In this document: piece by piece, positions 35,911 to 50,702 of the stretch
Position numbering within the stretch: the first letter of the stretch is position 1
Layout of the letters: each line of letters starts with the position of its first letter
From: Eledone cirrhosa
Taxonomy: Eukaryota
Length of the DNA stretch: 64,000 nucleotides
Direction: 5' to 3'
NCBI GenBank assembly: GCA_964016885.1
Contig: OZ024743.1
Span: 48,050,001 to 48,114,000 of the forward strand
Program-made: the position numbers and the translations under genes
The notes under the pieces: model-generated
Told to the model about the DNA's origin: nothing
What the model saw: the letters and a program-made list of their open reading frames with translations, nothing else
The model's database searches: none

Positions 35911-37821
35911 CATTACAAATAATAACTACTAATATCTAGGTAATTAAAAACAGTGCAGAGCGCCTGTGTCTGTTATTGGTACTAATTTCAGAATCCAAGC
36001 TGGATTTTATTCACTGTTGTATAAAAAGAGATATAATATTATAATGCTTACAGAACAAAAGCACAAACAAATATAATATAAAGGAAAGAGAAAGGGAAAA
36101 CAACAAAAAAAGTGAATTGTTACTGTTTCTTAGCCCTGGGTTAGCTTTAATCGAACAAACCTATGATGAAAGACATTCCAGCCATGACCATCTAATCTTG
36201 TTTTTCCTGACAGTTTCTTTACGACTACATCTTTTAATGCAGTATAATGTGATTTGGCTGCTGTTTCTAGCAGGAGGAATAACCATGTAGAAAACCCGCT
36301 TTGGTAGTTTGGGGTCATGTGGCTGCTATTTCCAACAAGTTGAGTGACAACATAGAAATTCCTGGTAAATTCTTAAAAGCATTAAACAAAATGTCTTGCA
36401 GATTTGTTCTGCTGCTGTCGCAGGTTGTCATTCAGCTGAGATCAGAGATTGGTGATCAGTTTCCAGGACCCACTGCGAGGAGGTCCACTAACTTGGGCCC
36501 CCAAGTCCTTACATACAAAAGTGACCATGAGGAACATTGTTTATGTCATGCCACTCATGTCTTTCATCACACAGCAAAGCTATGAGACTCAGATTTCAAC
36601 ATGCTTCAGATGTGGAGAGCTAGCTGGCAACAGACATCTCAACTCGTCCAACTGAATGTCAACTCCAATATGGTCTTCCCCCCAGACGCTAACCTCTCTT
36701 GGAGGAGGTGGATGTCCTTAAATCAGCTATGCACAGGTGTTAGCCACTTCAGTGCAGCCATACACCACTGGGGGCTGCATCTATCAGCAGCTTGCCAGAA
36801 CAGACAGCTGGACATATACTGAGTGCCTGGTATCTGTCCCCCTTAGAATATGGACCTCACACACTCTAATCCCACTACTGTAAGCTGGTTTCAACACCTG
36901 GAGGACATCACATAATTAGAGACCTGACCCCAAATGTTTACTACAGAGTCAACTTTACTGAAGGCACCCAAACACCAGATGGCAGTGTTAAGCAGAGTGA
37001 CATTAAATTTATCACTCAAGAACTCAGAATGCATGGAGCTAGAACTAACTACAAGACATTTTGTTCCAAGCTCTAATGACTGTGACTCTGTCAACAAGAA
37101 GGATGATGTTGATAATGATAATAAAGATGATAATTTAACAACTATGATGCTGATGATGATCATGGAAAAGCTTGTCATGAGGCAGAGATGGCTTTAAAAC
37201 GTTTGTTGTTATCTATTTAGAATAGAATTTAATCAATTATTCTTCTCGGGTGATTCAATGCAGTAATACAGCACAGCCCTGTCTTAGGGCAATTGTTTGT
37301 TAGGGCTCCATAAAATATCATCACAAAAAATTAAGGTTTGAGAAAATCAGGAAAGTAAAAAGATAGAGCTCAATGACTCATCAAAATATTAAATTGAGGG
37401 CATCTCATAAAGAGGCTGTACTATAAATAGTACTGGGAAGAGATGCTCTTAGTGATTAGAGCGTTGATTTCACTATTATGTAGTTGTGAGTTTGATCCCT
37501 GGATCAAGTGACATATTACATCCTTGAGCAAAACATATCATTTTACATTGCTCTTATCTACTCAGCTGAAAATGATCACAAGCACCAGGACCAGTGGTTG
37601 GTTATCTTTGTGATGGACTGGTATCCAGTCCTGGGGATAGTATTGTACTCTCTAATGCTTAATACCTCATAAAACTAGGATAAGCTCTGATGAACCTCTA
37701 AGCTTGAGATAGGCTTTAACCTTTTCATTACCATATTTTTAATGAAATACACTCACTACCTATGATTTTCGAAGAATTTTGTGTGATTTAATAAAATAAA
37801 CTAATCTTTTCATTATTAAGG

Positions 37822-38012
37822 GTTGTGGATTGCCAGTATCGGTAGAGTGTTGGAAACCATGCTTTGCAGCATAGAGTTACGGCCCTTGCCATTTTGAGTT
37901 CAAATCCCGCCGAGGTTAACTTTGCCTTTCATCCTTACGGGGTCGATAAAATAAAGTACCAGTCATGCACTGGGTAATTTCTGGCTTTGTGCCAAAAGTA
38001 GAAACAATTATT
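37822..38012 (+). mobile_element. SINE family A nested in piggyBac-type MITE family 2 (~37716-38280)
   Basis: Full SINE; the host element begins TTAACCTTTTCATTACC and ends AAAAGAGTTAA. Confidence 0.75.
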
Positions 38013-39163
38013 AAGCTGGTGTTTGGAGCAGAACTAAACTAAGATTCTTTTATAAAATCATGATGGAGTGTACAAATTTAAATTGTCAACATGAAAAAAA
38101 TAAAAAGAACATATATTAAATGATGATCATAACGATGGTGGTGGTGGTGGTGATGATGATGGGGATGGGGATGATGGTGGTGGTGGTGATGATGGGGATG
38201 ATGATGATGATGATGAACCATTTAAAGGATTTGTGTCATTAAACCAGGTAGTTTTAGGAATTTTAGTTCAAAAGAGTTAACTTTAGCTGTGGTAGACTCA
38301 TCAGCATTAATGAGGTGGTGGTGGTGGTGGGGGGGGGGAGCTATTTTTGACATTGGATAAATTAATGGATAATTAAAACAAAATGTTTTCATTTATTGCT
38401 ATTTCAGTTGGATGAAATATTTTTGGTGTCCTACTAACCCACTTGATATCTCCCTTGAGGCCTTCAAGATAAAAATAATAATAGTAACAACATTAATAAT
38501 AATGATAATTTCTTATTAACCACAAAGAGGAATGTCGGTTAAATGAGAAACAATGATTTCTTTTATTGGCCCAAGATATTGGAAATAACATTAAAAATAA
38601 GATAGAAATTAGAGCAGGATAACAGAGAGGGGGAGGGGACAAATATATAAGGTGGTGGTGGTGGTGGTAGTGGTGGTTACAAATATATAAGGTGGTGATG
38701 GTGGAGACATAAGTGATTTCATGACTCATTGTTGGTTATAAAATAAAATCAACAAAAAAAAAATATTTTGAAAATTCAAGTCAACTATCGACCTAGAACT
38801 TGTTTCTCTCGTGAATTACTCCAATTATAATAATTCTTTGATTTTATTTCACTTTTTTTTTTTTGCCTTAGTAAAATAATTTATGGTAAACTCCCAGGAA
38901 TTTAAAGAAACTTGTGATGGTTTGTGTGAACAAAAATTAGAGGATAGGTGACTAAGTTTATGTCATATGTCTTTGGCATTAGTTGCCAATGCCTGATCAA
39001 CTCTGATCAAGTAAACCTCCAATCAAAGGCGTTCTGGTCATGACCATCTCCTCATTTTGGAGGGAAGTTTTTATTTCAACTTGATCAGTCTGGAAGAAGG
39101 GGCAGTGGTCATAACCTTCAGAGATCCTCTGAGAGAAGAGAGATTGGTATTGATGATCTAATC

Positions 39164-39493
39164 ATCATCATTTTACGTCCACTTTTCCTTGCTTGCAAGG
39201 GTGGGACGGGAACTGATTCTGGCTTGATTTCTACAGCTGGATGCCCTTCCTAACACCAACCTCATTTACAGTGAGTGCTGGGTGCTTTTTTGCCGTGGCA
39301 CCTCCACGACCACTTTGCAGTGGAATGATAGGGACTCCAGTCCCTATCATCTCATTTCTACAGCTGAGTAAACTGGAGCAATGTGAAATAAGTGTCTTGC
39401 TCAAGGAAACAACACATCACCCGGTCTGAGAATTGAACTCACAACCTTTCGATTGCAAGCCCAATGCTCTAACCACTAAGCCATGTGCCTCCT
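39164..39493 (-). mobile_element. SINE family B
   Basis: Reverse complement of 18168-18553, lacking one internal module. Confidence 0.88.
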
Positions 39494-40827
39494 AATGTTG
39501 CAGCTATTGTGTATCTAGGACTATATTATCCAATTTTATTTTATTTGGTTGCTTGCCAAATCTCCCTCAAGTTTCACTCTACAGTTCTAGAAAAAAGGCA
39601 TATTGAATAATATAATCCTGGATTCTTTCTTCCCTGTACATGTGGAAAAAAAGGGATGATCACAGCCCTGATGTCTTCGATCATAATTCTGCTGAATCTT
39701 CTCTGTAGTTTCTGTTATCAAGACAGGGTTGGCCACTTGCAGTAATTGGTTCAGTAAGCTGGATTAACTCGTTCAGTACATCTTTATTACCCTCCAGGTT
39801 AATGCTTCCTCTGTTCTGTCCACTGGAACCATGAAGCTTGTGGTTTTGTACATCAGAGAGGTGCGGGGGGGGGGGGGGGGGATAAGGGGTGAGTGTGACA
39901 ATCTTTCATTGATTAGTTCATGCTGTTACCATAGGCCATTACATACACACACACACACAAGAAGCAATGCTACTGCAACTGAATTATAAACAACCACACA
40001 TGTTACATAAGATTGCTGCTATCTCTCCCCACCATCGGTCTAACAGCTATATATATAAATTTTTTCTTTCACTGATTTCATTCATTGGACTTGAGCCATG
40101 GTTGGGCACTGCTTTCAACAATTTAGTTGATCATATCAACGTAATACTTATCAGTACCAATCAGATTAACATGCAAACCAAATTGATTTCAAGCTCACTA
40201 GAACGGAGGTTAGACACATGGTTATGAATGCTAAGTCCTTTTCTGGAGAGGAATGCACCTCCCAACATAGTTATTTGTGACATCAGAATAAGAACTAGTG
40301 AAATCAGAAACAATAAAATCTTGAGAAGCCCTCTCCATTAAATATGAGACAATATAACATAGAGAACAATTAGAAGTTTCTTGGGGACAACTTACTGAAA
40401 GTTACTGATAAACCCATGTCTGGGGCAAGATATGAACAAGACAAAAGGTGACCTGGTAGTGGCATAGCACTGTATATAGAGCCATTAAAGCTAAGAGACA
40501 GGCATGGAAAGATTGGAAAATTGGGGTTGCAAAGAACAATATCAAGTAGCCAAAAGAGAAGCTAGATGACAGGTTTACATAGCTCATAAACATGAGCTAT
40601 GTAAACAGGAAAAAGTAGATATAAAAAGATGGTGTTGATGATGATGATGATGATATATATATATATCATCATCATCATCATTTAATAGCTGTTTCTCCAT
40701 GCTGGCCATTGTAAGAAAAAACCTATAGAAAATAATGATGATATGAGCTCCTGCCCAGTTTATATATATATATACATGTGTTTTATTTATATATATATAT
40801 ATATATGTGTGTTTTATTTATATATAT

Positions 40828-41650
40828 AATAATAATAATAATGAAATTATTGTGTACAGTGCTCAGGTGCACTACAACTCATCAAATGTGCATGTATAGT
40901 ACATAGAATAATGTACAAATGTCAGGAAAATGAACAGTGTACGAGTCATGAAATACATGTGTGTGTGTGTATGGGGGGAGATATCAGGTATAGTGTTGGC
41001 AAATCTCAGGAAGCATGGAGGTTTTAAAGTTTGCTCAGGGTTGTTGTTGGCAAGATGGTTAATAATTTTGTGGGTGTTTATCAAGTCAGTTGCCAGATGT
41101 TGGAGCTTCAATGTATCCATGCCCAGGGAAACAAGGCGTTCAGAGTATGATAGATGCCTGATGGAGGGTATTTGCTTGGTTGCACATCTCTGAACAGTTT
41201 CCAGATGGTCAATGATCTGAGCAAGATAGGGGTTCCAGACTGATGATGCAAATTCTAAGTGTGGCCGCACCATAGCTATATATATCTTTAAATAGATAGC
41301 TGGAGAGCGGCTGACAAAGGTCTTGCAGAGTGATGCTAAGACACCCTCAGCCTTCTTGACAATTTTAGAGACGTTCTTCGTCTAATGCAAATCGCTGCTG
41401 ACAGTAATGTCCAGGTCACGCTCACAAGAAGACTTCTTGATATTAGTGTTGTAGAGGGAGTATGTGGACACTGGGTTTTTGTTCACAAAATGCATGGTGG
41501 TACACTTGTCCACAGCCAACTTGAGTTGCCAGTCCGTGATCCATTGTTGCATTGTGTCCAGGTCAGATTGCAAGAAAGATCTATTGTGTTCAGGATCTGT
41601 CCTTTTTATCTCAAGGTACAGCTTGATGTCATCTGCATATTTCAGTACTG
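40828..41650 (-). mobile_element. CR1-group LINE fragment with internal deletion
   Basis: Highly similar to 11437-12525 (KYADD to 3' tail); has stops and a deletion near 41030. Confidence 0.9.
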
Positions 41651-44286
41651 TATATGTGTTTTATTTATATATATACGTGTTTTATGTATATATATATATA
41701 TATATGTGTGTGTTTTATGTGTCAGTAAATTTGTTTGTCTCTCTCTTCACAGTTGGCATTAGCAGTTAGACGCATTACTTGCAAAACAGGTGAGAGTTTG
41801 CATCAGAAAAGACATCCAGACTTGACTAAACCATACTGACATGGGAAAACAGATGTAAAAAGAATAATGAGAATAATGAGAATAATGATGATGATGACAT
41901 ATATATTCAGCAGGTAAAGTTGATCTATTTTAGAACAAACATTTGAAATTTTTCACATATGACTTGTCATACTTTAAAATTATATCACTGATTAACATTT
42001 CAGGGTTAAAAATACCATCTCTTATGTAAAGTGTTATTACAGTGAAATAAATTCTTTTATCCATTGTCAAAGGAATGGTATCTTGGAATCAAGCAGAGAT
42101 TACTAACTTCAACTATAAAATTAGTATCTTTGTAACAGGAAATTATAAATTTAACCTTTAAAAATGGCTCTTATATAAATACAGTAGATGTATATGTATT
42201 TGTGTTTGAATGTGTGTGTGTGTGTGTATCTATCTCTCTCTATATATATATATCTCCATTTATCATCATCATCATCATCATCATTTATATGTATATATAT
42301 AAAGCTAATGAGTCAGCAAATAACTACACACATTCCTTTCAGTTATTCAGAATGATAAACACACACACACACAGACAGGAAAATAAAAATTTATACAAGC
42401 ACACACTTATATGAATAGAAATACAACTATATATGATAAAATGTAGTAACTTGTACTTTTCTGACTGAAAATTATACTTTGAACTTTAGAAGTAAAGCAG
42501 TGCCGCTCCATTATAGCTGGCCAGATAATATATAGCTAACAGAATGTTTAGAATATCTAGGCCAAAGGTCAGTTATACTTTTACTACTGACACATTTTAA
42601 AGCAAATAAAAAAAATATATTTTAGCAAACTGTAGAGAAAGTAAAAAAATGTATTTTAAATGTTTTTAAAAAAAGGTACTTATATATTTTAGCTAACTGC
42701 CAAAATCTACCTCTGGCTTTAGGAGACCAAACTTTTAAAATGTTTTTTAAAATGTGTCATTTATCAAGATCTTGCCTTTGTAAGTGAAATTGGGGAGATG
42801 GAAACTGTAGAAACCTGTTTGATGTGCTATCTATCTACTATTAAAGAAATCTATCTATATACTATTCACACTCTGTGATTGCTTGCTTGCTTGTCTGCAA
42901 TGTAATACAGCCAAAGGGGCACATAATGGGAAAATACTTTGAAAGGAAGTTGCACCTGAAATGGTGATACAAATGGAATAAAACAAGTTTTGTGTAAATC
43001 AGAGCATGGGTTCCCGAGATATGGGGTTTTTCCGGGTACTTTCATAAACAGAGAGAGAGAAAGAGATAGTGGTTGTGAGAGAGTAGATTGAAAGAGAGAC
43101 ATAGAGAGAGGGAGAGGAGACAGAGAGAGCTGGTGGTGTTGTGTATATATATATATATATGTGTGTGTGCCTATGACCAGTGTATATAGATCAGACACCC
43201 ACATATATATACACACACACACACACAATTTATATATATATACATACACACACGTATATATATATGGGCCTTCCAATTTCATTTCACATTATATATATGC
43301 CTGTGTATATTTTAATTATTTAAAAATTATTTTTAAGTGAACATGATTTTTAAAAAATATTTTGAAGTGAATGTTACTCAACAGGTCATGGGTGGTATAG
43401 TATAATTTAAAAGTTGAATTTTGTCACATACTATCATGCTGATTTGCCTTTTGATACTAACCAACCTGAAACTACACCTCGTTCAGTGATACAAACCTAT
43501 TTTAAAGTGTTCATATTTATCTAAAAACCTTCCATCATAATTTTATGTAAGAATCTTAGTTATGTTCCAAATAATTGTTTAAGAATGAACAAAATAGTTA
43601 CATTAATAAGTCCCTCCAAATTCTTGATTATATAAAAAATTATTTGAATATCATAGGTAGAGTTTTTTTCATACAAAATATGACAATAATTTAAACAATA
43701 CATTTTTAATTACTTACTTCTTTATTCAATAAATGAAAGTTATCAAGATGCATATTTATAATTTTAGTTTGCATTTATCACGTTTTGATATATTTGAATA
43801 ATTTTGCAGTGCACCTAGCTACATTTTGTATCAGATCCAGCTATATGTTATGATGCACCTCATCATCATTGTTTGACCACAGTGGGAGATGGCCACAATT
43901 CTTCTCCACCCATTGCAGCTTTTATAATCAGTTGTAGTCCCAATATGTAAAGTGCTGGAACAGATATAGCAAGGTTCAATACTTCCACTAATCTACCATC
44001 CCAAAACTGGTACTTTATTTTATCAACCCTGAAAGGTGACTTTGGCTGGATTTGAACTCAGAGCTCAAAGAGCTGGAATAAATATCACTAAATAGTCTAT
44101 CCAACACTCTAATTACTGTGCCTATTTACCACCTTAGCTACATCTTGTGGTACACCATTTAAGAACCACTGATCTAGAGTTTTGTATATATGCATTTCAA
44201 TACCAGACATACTGTCATCAAGGATTTTAAGAATTATTATTTTAAAACTGTTACCCATTGTCTCTTTGAAAGTAAAGTGAAACAGT

Positions 44287-44515
44287 TTAACCCTTTAGCA
44301 TTTAAACTGGTTGTATCCGGCCAGAATTCTCTCACCTCTTTTTGTTCAAACTGGCCGTAACCAGCTGTTGATACTTACATTAAGGTATTGTTCTCAAAAT
44401 AAATTAACATCAAAATCTCGTAGATTCGATATTATGTGAAATAATTATGTAAAGTAAAGCCTTTACTGTGAAAATACAATAGTATATATAGAGTAATGTA
44501 AATTCTAAAGGATTA
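44287..44515 (-). mobile_element. piggyBac-type MITE family 1
   Basis: Inverted copy, TTAA flanks. Confidence 0.75.
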
Positions 44516-45684
44516 AAGAAATATTATTTCAATACTGGACATAGCATTATCAACTTTGAAAATAGAGTAAAATGATTTGGAGCAACAATATTGCAATACT
44601 AGACACATTGTTATCCAAGATTTAAAGATATATCTTAAAACCAGGGTGTTTGAGTTGAGAAAATATCTTGATATCCTTCAGCAACCTTAGGGATGGACAG
44701 GTACAACAGTAACTACTTCTACTGGCAAGCTAAACTTAGTGAGGGACTGGATGCTTGGCAAGAAGATAGACCCACTGAAATGCCATGATGGACATAGTCA
44801 AACATCTAGTGTGGCACCCCAACGACTGGCTGCATCAGTTACAAGAACTTGACTGAGTGATCTAGAGTAGAAGGGCCTTTACCTAAGAAATGGTAGGGTA
44901 TCAGTCTAAATCATCATTTTATCTCCATATTTCCATATTGCTATGGGTTTGAGGATTTGTTACTGACCAAGCCAGTACTTTATCAGAGTTACTATCCACC
45001 TTCATAGACAAGTCAGTGGACCACATCTCATATGCATTCCAGTTTTGGCATGGTTTCTATGACTGCTTACCATTTCTTAATGTCAAGCACTTTACAGTGT
45101 ACTGGGTGCATTTTATTGTGGCACCAATACTAGAGATGTTGTCATGTTCTTTATGTAACTGAAAATTCCTGTCACCACTTTTGTTTTATTTCTACAATTG
45201 GATGCCCTTCCTAATGCCAACCACTTTAGAGTATACTGGGTGAATTTTATCATGGCATCAGCACCAGAAAATTGTCAAGTCCTTGATATGACATAGTTTC
45301 CATGGTTGGATACATTCCTAACATTTTATTGTGACTCCAACACTAGAGAGGTTGTCATATCCTCAGCAGGACTGAACTCTTCTCATCTCTTTTTTGGTAT
45401 GATTTCTACAACTAGATGGCTTTCCTAATAACAACCACTTTTTCAGAGTAGACTAAGTATTATAATGAATTTATAGTAAAAGGAATCATCAGAGAAAAGT
45501 GGTGGTGGCCTGTGACAGCAAATATTAATCCCAGAGGAAAGTTTAGTGAGATGATTTGCTGTGATAAGTAAACAAATTTAACATTTCAGGGGATCTTTCT
45601 CTTCTGATAGAGAGAATATAAATGTTGTCACCTTGGTTACAAAATTGTAATAAATTTTCTATCTCTATTTCTGAGTTCAAATTA

Positions 45685-45883
45685 TTAACCCTTTATATTT
45701 ACTATTGTAATTTTACAGTAAAGGCTTGATCTCACATAATATCGAATCTATGAAATTTTCATATTATTTACTTTGAGAACAATACCTTAACATCAGTATG
45801 AGTGCCCTGTTACAGCTGATTTGAACAGAAAGAGGTGAGAGAATTCTGGCCGGATACGGCCGGTTTAAATGCTAAACGGTTAA
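45685..45883 (+). mobile_element. piggyBac-type MITE family 1
   Basis: TTAA flanks, internal homology. Confidence 0.7.
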
Positions 45884-46265
45884 TCAATGAACCAATAAGA
45901 AAGCTTCCATGTGGTTACTCAATCTATTAGGAATAGTAGTCAAAGAGAGAGAGAGACAGAAACATTGGTAGAAGTTATAAACAACAATAAAAAGTAAAGC
46001 AAGAATATGACAATAAATGTAGTAAACTGATTTTATTATTAATTTTCATTAAGATTACACTCATCTGTTATGAGATCAAGAATGAGAAGATGGACACACA
46101 GACATGTATATCAAATGTGTGTATCTGCTGTAAGAGATGACTAAAAGAGTTAGCACCAGAAAGGGCTGTTGCCCTAAAAAACGACCCTATGGCAAGTATG
46201 AAGCCTGTCATGGAGAATGCAAGACTAACCTCTGCTGTAGCATGGGAAATGATCCTAAAACACTT

Positions 46266-46272
46266 GTATGTA

Positions 46273-46327
<55 letters not shown>

Positions 46328-46399
46328 ATATATATATATATATATACACATACATATATATATATATATATATGTATGTATATATATATATATATATAT

Positions 46400-46456
<57 letters not shown>

Positions 46457-46633
46457 CACATACATATATATACACATACAAATATATACACATACATATA
46501 TATACACACACATATATACATACATATATATATACATGCATACATACATATACATACATATATATACATACATACATACATATATATACATACATACATA
46601 TATATATATACATACATATATATATATATATAT
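46266..46633. repeat. compound (TA)n/(TACA)n microsatellite
   Basis: Direct observation; explains the YI-repeat ORFs. Confidence 0.98.
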
Positions 46634-46691
46634 TCTGTGTTTCTTATTATTAGTCCAAGGGCCATTGCTCAAATTAATTTGTAATAATCTT

Positions 46692-46697
46692 TTTATT
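46692..46697 (-). promoter_or_regulatory. candidate polyadenylation signal for MSH3
   Basis: AATAAA on the minus strand ~315 nt after the MSH3 stop. The context is AT-rich, so the evidence is weak. Confidence 0.35.
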
Positions 46698-47012
46698 TTT
46701 TCTAGGGTTACCTTCCTACCATGCCCTGTATTGGCACATGCATTTTCCAACTTGTCCAGTATCCAATATGTTTTTATCCTGATTAGCTTTCTTTTGTTTC
46801 TTTAGAGCTTACTGGTAGTGTAGTACTGTCATTTAAAGCATCTGAAACTGTAAAGACATCCAACAGACAACTGACAAGTGGTGATTCTCTATGCATTTGT
46901 TTTTTCCAAGTTTTCTGTGTTCCTCATTTGTCATCCCCATGTCAATAGTATTTTGTGTGTATATATATATATATTTATACATGCACAAGTAAAAGACATT
47001 GTTAGAAGGTTG

Positions 47013-47100
47013 TCATAAGAATGGAATCAAATCTGAAAGTGTTTGGCTCAGATTTTCTGGAGTGCAGTTTATGATGGTCAAGAAGTTAGATTTGAGTTCT
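47013..47100 (-). CDS. MSH3: MSH3 terminal coding exon (88 nt incl. TGA)
   Basis: tttttcag acceptor. Phase matches the previous exon. ELKSNFLTIINCTPENLSQTLSDLIPFL-stop. The tail is poorly conserved, so the call rests on splice site and frame. Confidence 0.8.
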
Positions 47101-47433
47101 CTGAAAAATATTAAAACAAGCAAAAAAATGTTTTAGACATTTAGACATACATATAATATCATAGATGTATATGTAATGACTTAACACATATGTGTAATAA
47201 ACTAAGACATAGGTATAATAGAAGTCATAAATGTTGCTGATGATGATGTGTAAAAAACTAAGACATGTGTAATATTATATCTGAAATAACTTAAGACATA
47301 TGTGTAATAAGATAAAATAAGACATCTGATAGATGTGTAATAACATAGGCATGTATAATAAGGAAGGATATATTTGTAATAACACAAGACAGTATGACTA
47401 ATAACAAGATAATATGTATAATAACTTAGATTA

Positions 47434-47766
47434 TCATCATCATTTTATGTCCACTTTTCCCTGCTTGCAAGGGTGGGATGGGAACTGATTCTGGCTTGAT
47501 TTCTACAGCTGGATGCCCTTCCTAACACCAACCTCATTTACAGTGAGTGCTGGGTGCTTTTTTGCCGTGGCACCTACACGACCACTTTGCAGTGGAATGA
47601 TAGGGACCCCAGTCCCTATCATCTCATTTCTACAGCTGAGTAAACTGGAGCAATGTAAAATAAAGTGTCTTGCTCAAGGAAACAAGACATCACCTGGTCT
47701 GAGAATTGAACTCACAACCTTTCGATTGCAAGGCCAATGCTCTAACCACTAAGCCATGTGCCTCCA
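47434..47766 (-). mobile_element. SINE family B inside a degenerate TAAGACAT..GTAATAA tandem array (~47140-47855)
   Basis: Near-identical to 39164-39493; the array continues on both sides. Confidence 0.88.
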
Positions 47767-48149
47767 TGTGTAAGTAATAACTTAAGACATGTCCAATAAG
47801 ATAGGAAATATGTTTAATGACATAAGAGGTGTAATAAGATAAGACATGCATAATCTACATATGGACCCGTAACTCTTGATGGAGTCCTAGGAGTACTTTC
47901 AACCTAATGTTGCCCATCCCCTCTCCATGACTGAACACAGCCGATTTCTTCCAGAGAAAGGAAGTGAGAAATTGATATAGAGGAAGAATTGACTCCAGTA
48001 CTAGACTGGCATTTTTTTTTTATCGACCTCGAAATGATGAAAGGCCAAGTTGACCACTGGTGGGATTTGAACTCACAGTGTGCAGAAAGCTAGAACAAAT
48101 ACTACAAAACATTCTATCTGACATTCTAATGAATCATCCGATTCACTGT

Positions 48150-48480
48150 CTCACATGTGTAATCATGATCCGCTGGCTTCAGTCGAAATCAACTCAACAA
48201 TTGATCTCCATGGGGGTCTGTCGTTCATTGCTGTTGTCCTGGATTTCAATACTGGAATCTCTGGAGATGACATCGGGATAGGAGGGCTTGTGCCCCCTGT
48301 TATTAGTGACTGCTTGTTGTTACCAAAGCACTAGTGGGGACACAGCCTCAGAAGTGGCACGATGGCAGTGGCCAGCAAATCTTACTCTCCTTTTACATAC
48401 AACGACAGATATGTGTGGGAGGCTGGCATATATTTTTTTCAAAGTCAGATGATGCCAGCCTATGTTCTGAATGACATTAG
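48150..48480 (-). mobile_element. RTE-group LINE C-terminal fragment
   Basis: KRRVRFAGHCHRATSEAVSPLVLW matches the RR+RFAGHC.R...E....L+LW pattern. Confidence 0.65.
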
Positions 48481-48526
48481 ACATGTATAATAGCAAAGAT
48501 GATATACATAATAACATAAGATGTAC

Positions 48527-48692
48527 CTTCTTTTATCCAAAGACTTCTCCAACTGATGTGATTTTTCTCTTGCCTTCTCTAGTATTTCAGGTGGAACATG
48601 GGCAAGGCGTGCAACATTTAATCCATAACTGTGACCAGCCATTCCTCTGACAAGCTGGTAGAGGAATGTTACAGCATTGGAGGCATCATGTT
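48527..48692 (-). CDS. MSH3: MSH3 coding exon (166 nt), HTH dimerisation region
   Basis: ttgttag acceptor, GTACAT donor. VTFLYQLVRGMAGHSYGLNVARLAHVPPEILEKAREKSHQLE. Confidence 0.96.
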
Positions 48693-49355
48693 CTAACAAA
48701 ATATCAACAGCATTCATATATATTTTACATTTGTTAAATTATTTTGTTAATCTTTAAGAGAATAAACATTTTTAACAGTTAGTACTTGCTTTTCATATTT
48801 AAATTATATATCTTCCAGTGATCATTATCTAAAGATTTCTCTTGCTTGTTATATATTGGGACATATATGTGTGGCTGTATGATTAAAAACGGATGTAGAT
48901 ATAAATACATTTATGTATGTCAGTGTGTGTAAAGAATTGGCCATATGTGTGTATGTATAATAAGTAACATGTGTGTAAAATTATTCCATGGGAACAGGTA
49001 TGGCTGAGTGGTTAAGAAATTCCCTTTGCAATCATGAGGTAACAGGTTCAATCCCAGTAAATGGTATCTAGAGCAAGTGTTAGCATAGAGTTGACCCAAG
49101 CCATATGAGTGAAATTAGGTAGACAGAAACTATGTGGAAGCCCACCAGATTGATTGTATCTGTAATTCAAGCCTTGTCACACAATCTATCAAGCTGATTA
49201 AGCTTGGGAATTACATTAACGATACACGTGTCTGTGAAATACTCAGCCACATGCTAATTCATGAGTTGGACATTCAGTTGATCAAACAACTGAATATACA
49301 TTGTTGAAACTAAGGGGTATTACAACCTCTCCAGTGTTGGGACCATAATGAAATA

Positions 49356-49451
49356 CACTCAATACACTTTTTAAAGTAATAGGTGAATTAATGGAAATGA
49401 TGTACTCAATACACTTTTTAAAGTAATAGGTGAATTAATGGAAATGATGTA
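49356..49451. repeat. perfect ~47-bp tandem duplication
   Basis: ACTCAATACACTTTTTAAAGTAATAGGTGAATTAATGGAAATGATGT occurs twice. Confidence 0.9.
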
Positions 49452-49887
49452 GGGTGAAGAGATCTCTTTTGTCTTGTCAAAGATATAACAGCCTCTTTAG
49501 TTTTCATGCCATCATAAAATACATTCAGTACATCAATACAAATGAGCAGAGACAATGTAGGGTCAAGTGGGCCCTTTAGTCTGACCAAGGACATTACAAC
49601 CTCTCAAATGTTGGTGCCATAATAAAATGAACCCAGTCAACTCTGTTAAGTAGTTATATTAGGAAGAGAATGTAGCCATAGAAACCAAACCAAAAATGGA
49701 GCATAGGCGAGATGTGGTTATCTGATAGAACTACGGCAGTAATTCCAAATAAGAACTGTCTCAGACAGTAATGACTTGTCCTACATATTCCAGCAAGGGA
49801 ACATGATGACAGTGATGATGATGATATGTCGATGGTGGTAGTAATGATTGTGATGGTGGTAGTGATGATGATGATTTTAGTACTAAC

Positions 49888-50008
49888 CTTCCCCTTCAGT
49901 GGTGTGGACCAGGAAGGACATGTGGTAGTTGTGGACAACATCTGGGTACAAGAGTTCAAATTGTCCTAACAGCTGGTAATGAGTGACAAACAGGGTGATA
50001 CACTTTAC
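49888..50008 (-). CDS. MSH3: MSH3 coding exon (121 nt)
   Basis: ttgttag acceptor, GTTAGT donor. VKCITLFVTHYQLLGQFELLYPDVVHNYHMSFLVHTTEGE (LFVTHY and NYHM motifs). Confidence 0.96.
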
Positions 50009-50138
50009 CTAACAAAAAACAAGATGAGGCAGGTGACATTAAAAATAAACACACACACACAACCACCTAATATACACTTATACCTAACATACATATGCAC
50101 ATAGCAATATGATTGTTTCTTAATAAAAATAATAATTG

Positions 50139-50246
50139 TTTCCACTTTAGGCACAAGGCCAGCAATTATCCAGTGCATTACTGGTACTTTATTTTATCGA
50201 CCCCGTAAGGATGAAAGGAAAAGTCAACCTCGGCGGGATTTGAACT
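50139..50246 (-). mobile_element. 5'-truncated SINE family A with TSD CTTAATAAAAATAATAATT
   Basis: The direct repeat flanks the insertion. Confidence 0.85.
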
Positions 50247-50395
50247 CTTAATAAAAATAATAATTATTGCATACATATATACGTAGGTTCAAACAAGCTC
50301 ATATGTGAATATAACTACATAAGTATTTATGTTTACTAATAATTAACTGGGTGGTGTCTAAAAACATCTGACTGATAAAATGACAAGTCAGTCAA

Positions 50396-50702
50396 TCATT
50401 TTGGTGACCTCCCCACAGCCCTGGTGGACAGAATGGAGAAGGCGTTTCCCCGGAGGACAACAAGGGAGACGCGCTGGAAAAGCCATTCCAGCTCGCGAGG
50501 TTCACACCTGTGGCTGGCTAGCTCAGCGCCTATGGTGGTGAGTAGGGAGGTAGCCCTAGGGCCGAGGACACCAGAAATCTCCTCTGCCAAGGGTACAACC
50601 GCAAACCTGTCGGAGAGTGACCGGTATTTGAAGAGTTTGGCCTCCTCAGCCTGACGTGCAGCAGAATCTGGGTTAGTCGCAGACTGCACCAGGTTGCGGC
50701 TG
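50396..50702 (-). mobile_element. CRE-like element 3' fragment in MSH3 intron
   Basis: NLVQSATNPDSAARQAEEAKLFKYRSLSDRF...LFQRVSL, same subfamily as 29765-30060. Confidence 0.88.

Noticed and set aside
36370-36900. Host gene with zinc knuckle (CFRCGE)
   Set aside because: Frames are interrupted; more likely a decayed retroelement ORF1, too degenerate to call.
38872-38948. Plus-strand exon candidate (MVNSQEFKETCDG...)
   Set aside because: No compatible partner exons or homology found.
46068-46805. YI/IY-repeat ORFs
   Set aside because: Translations of the TA/TACA microsatellite.
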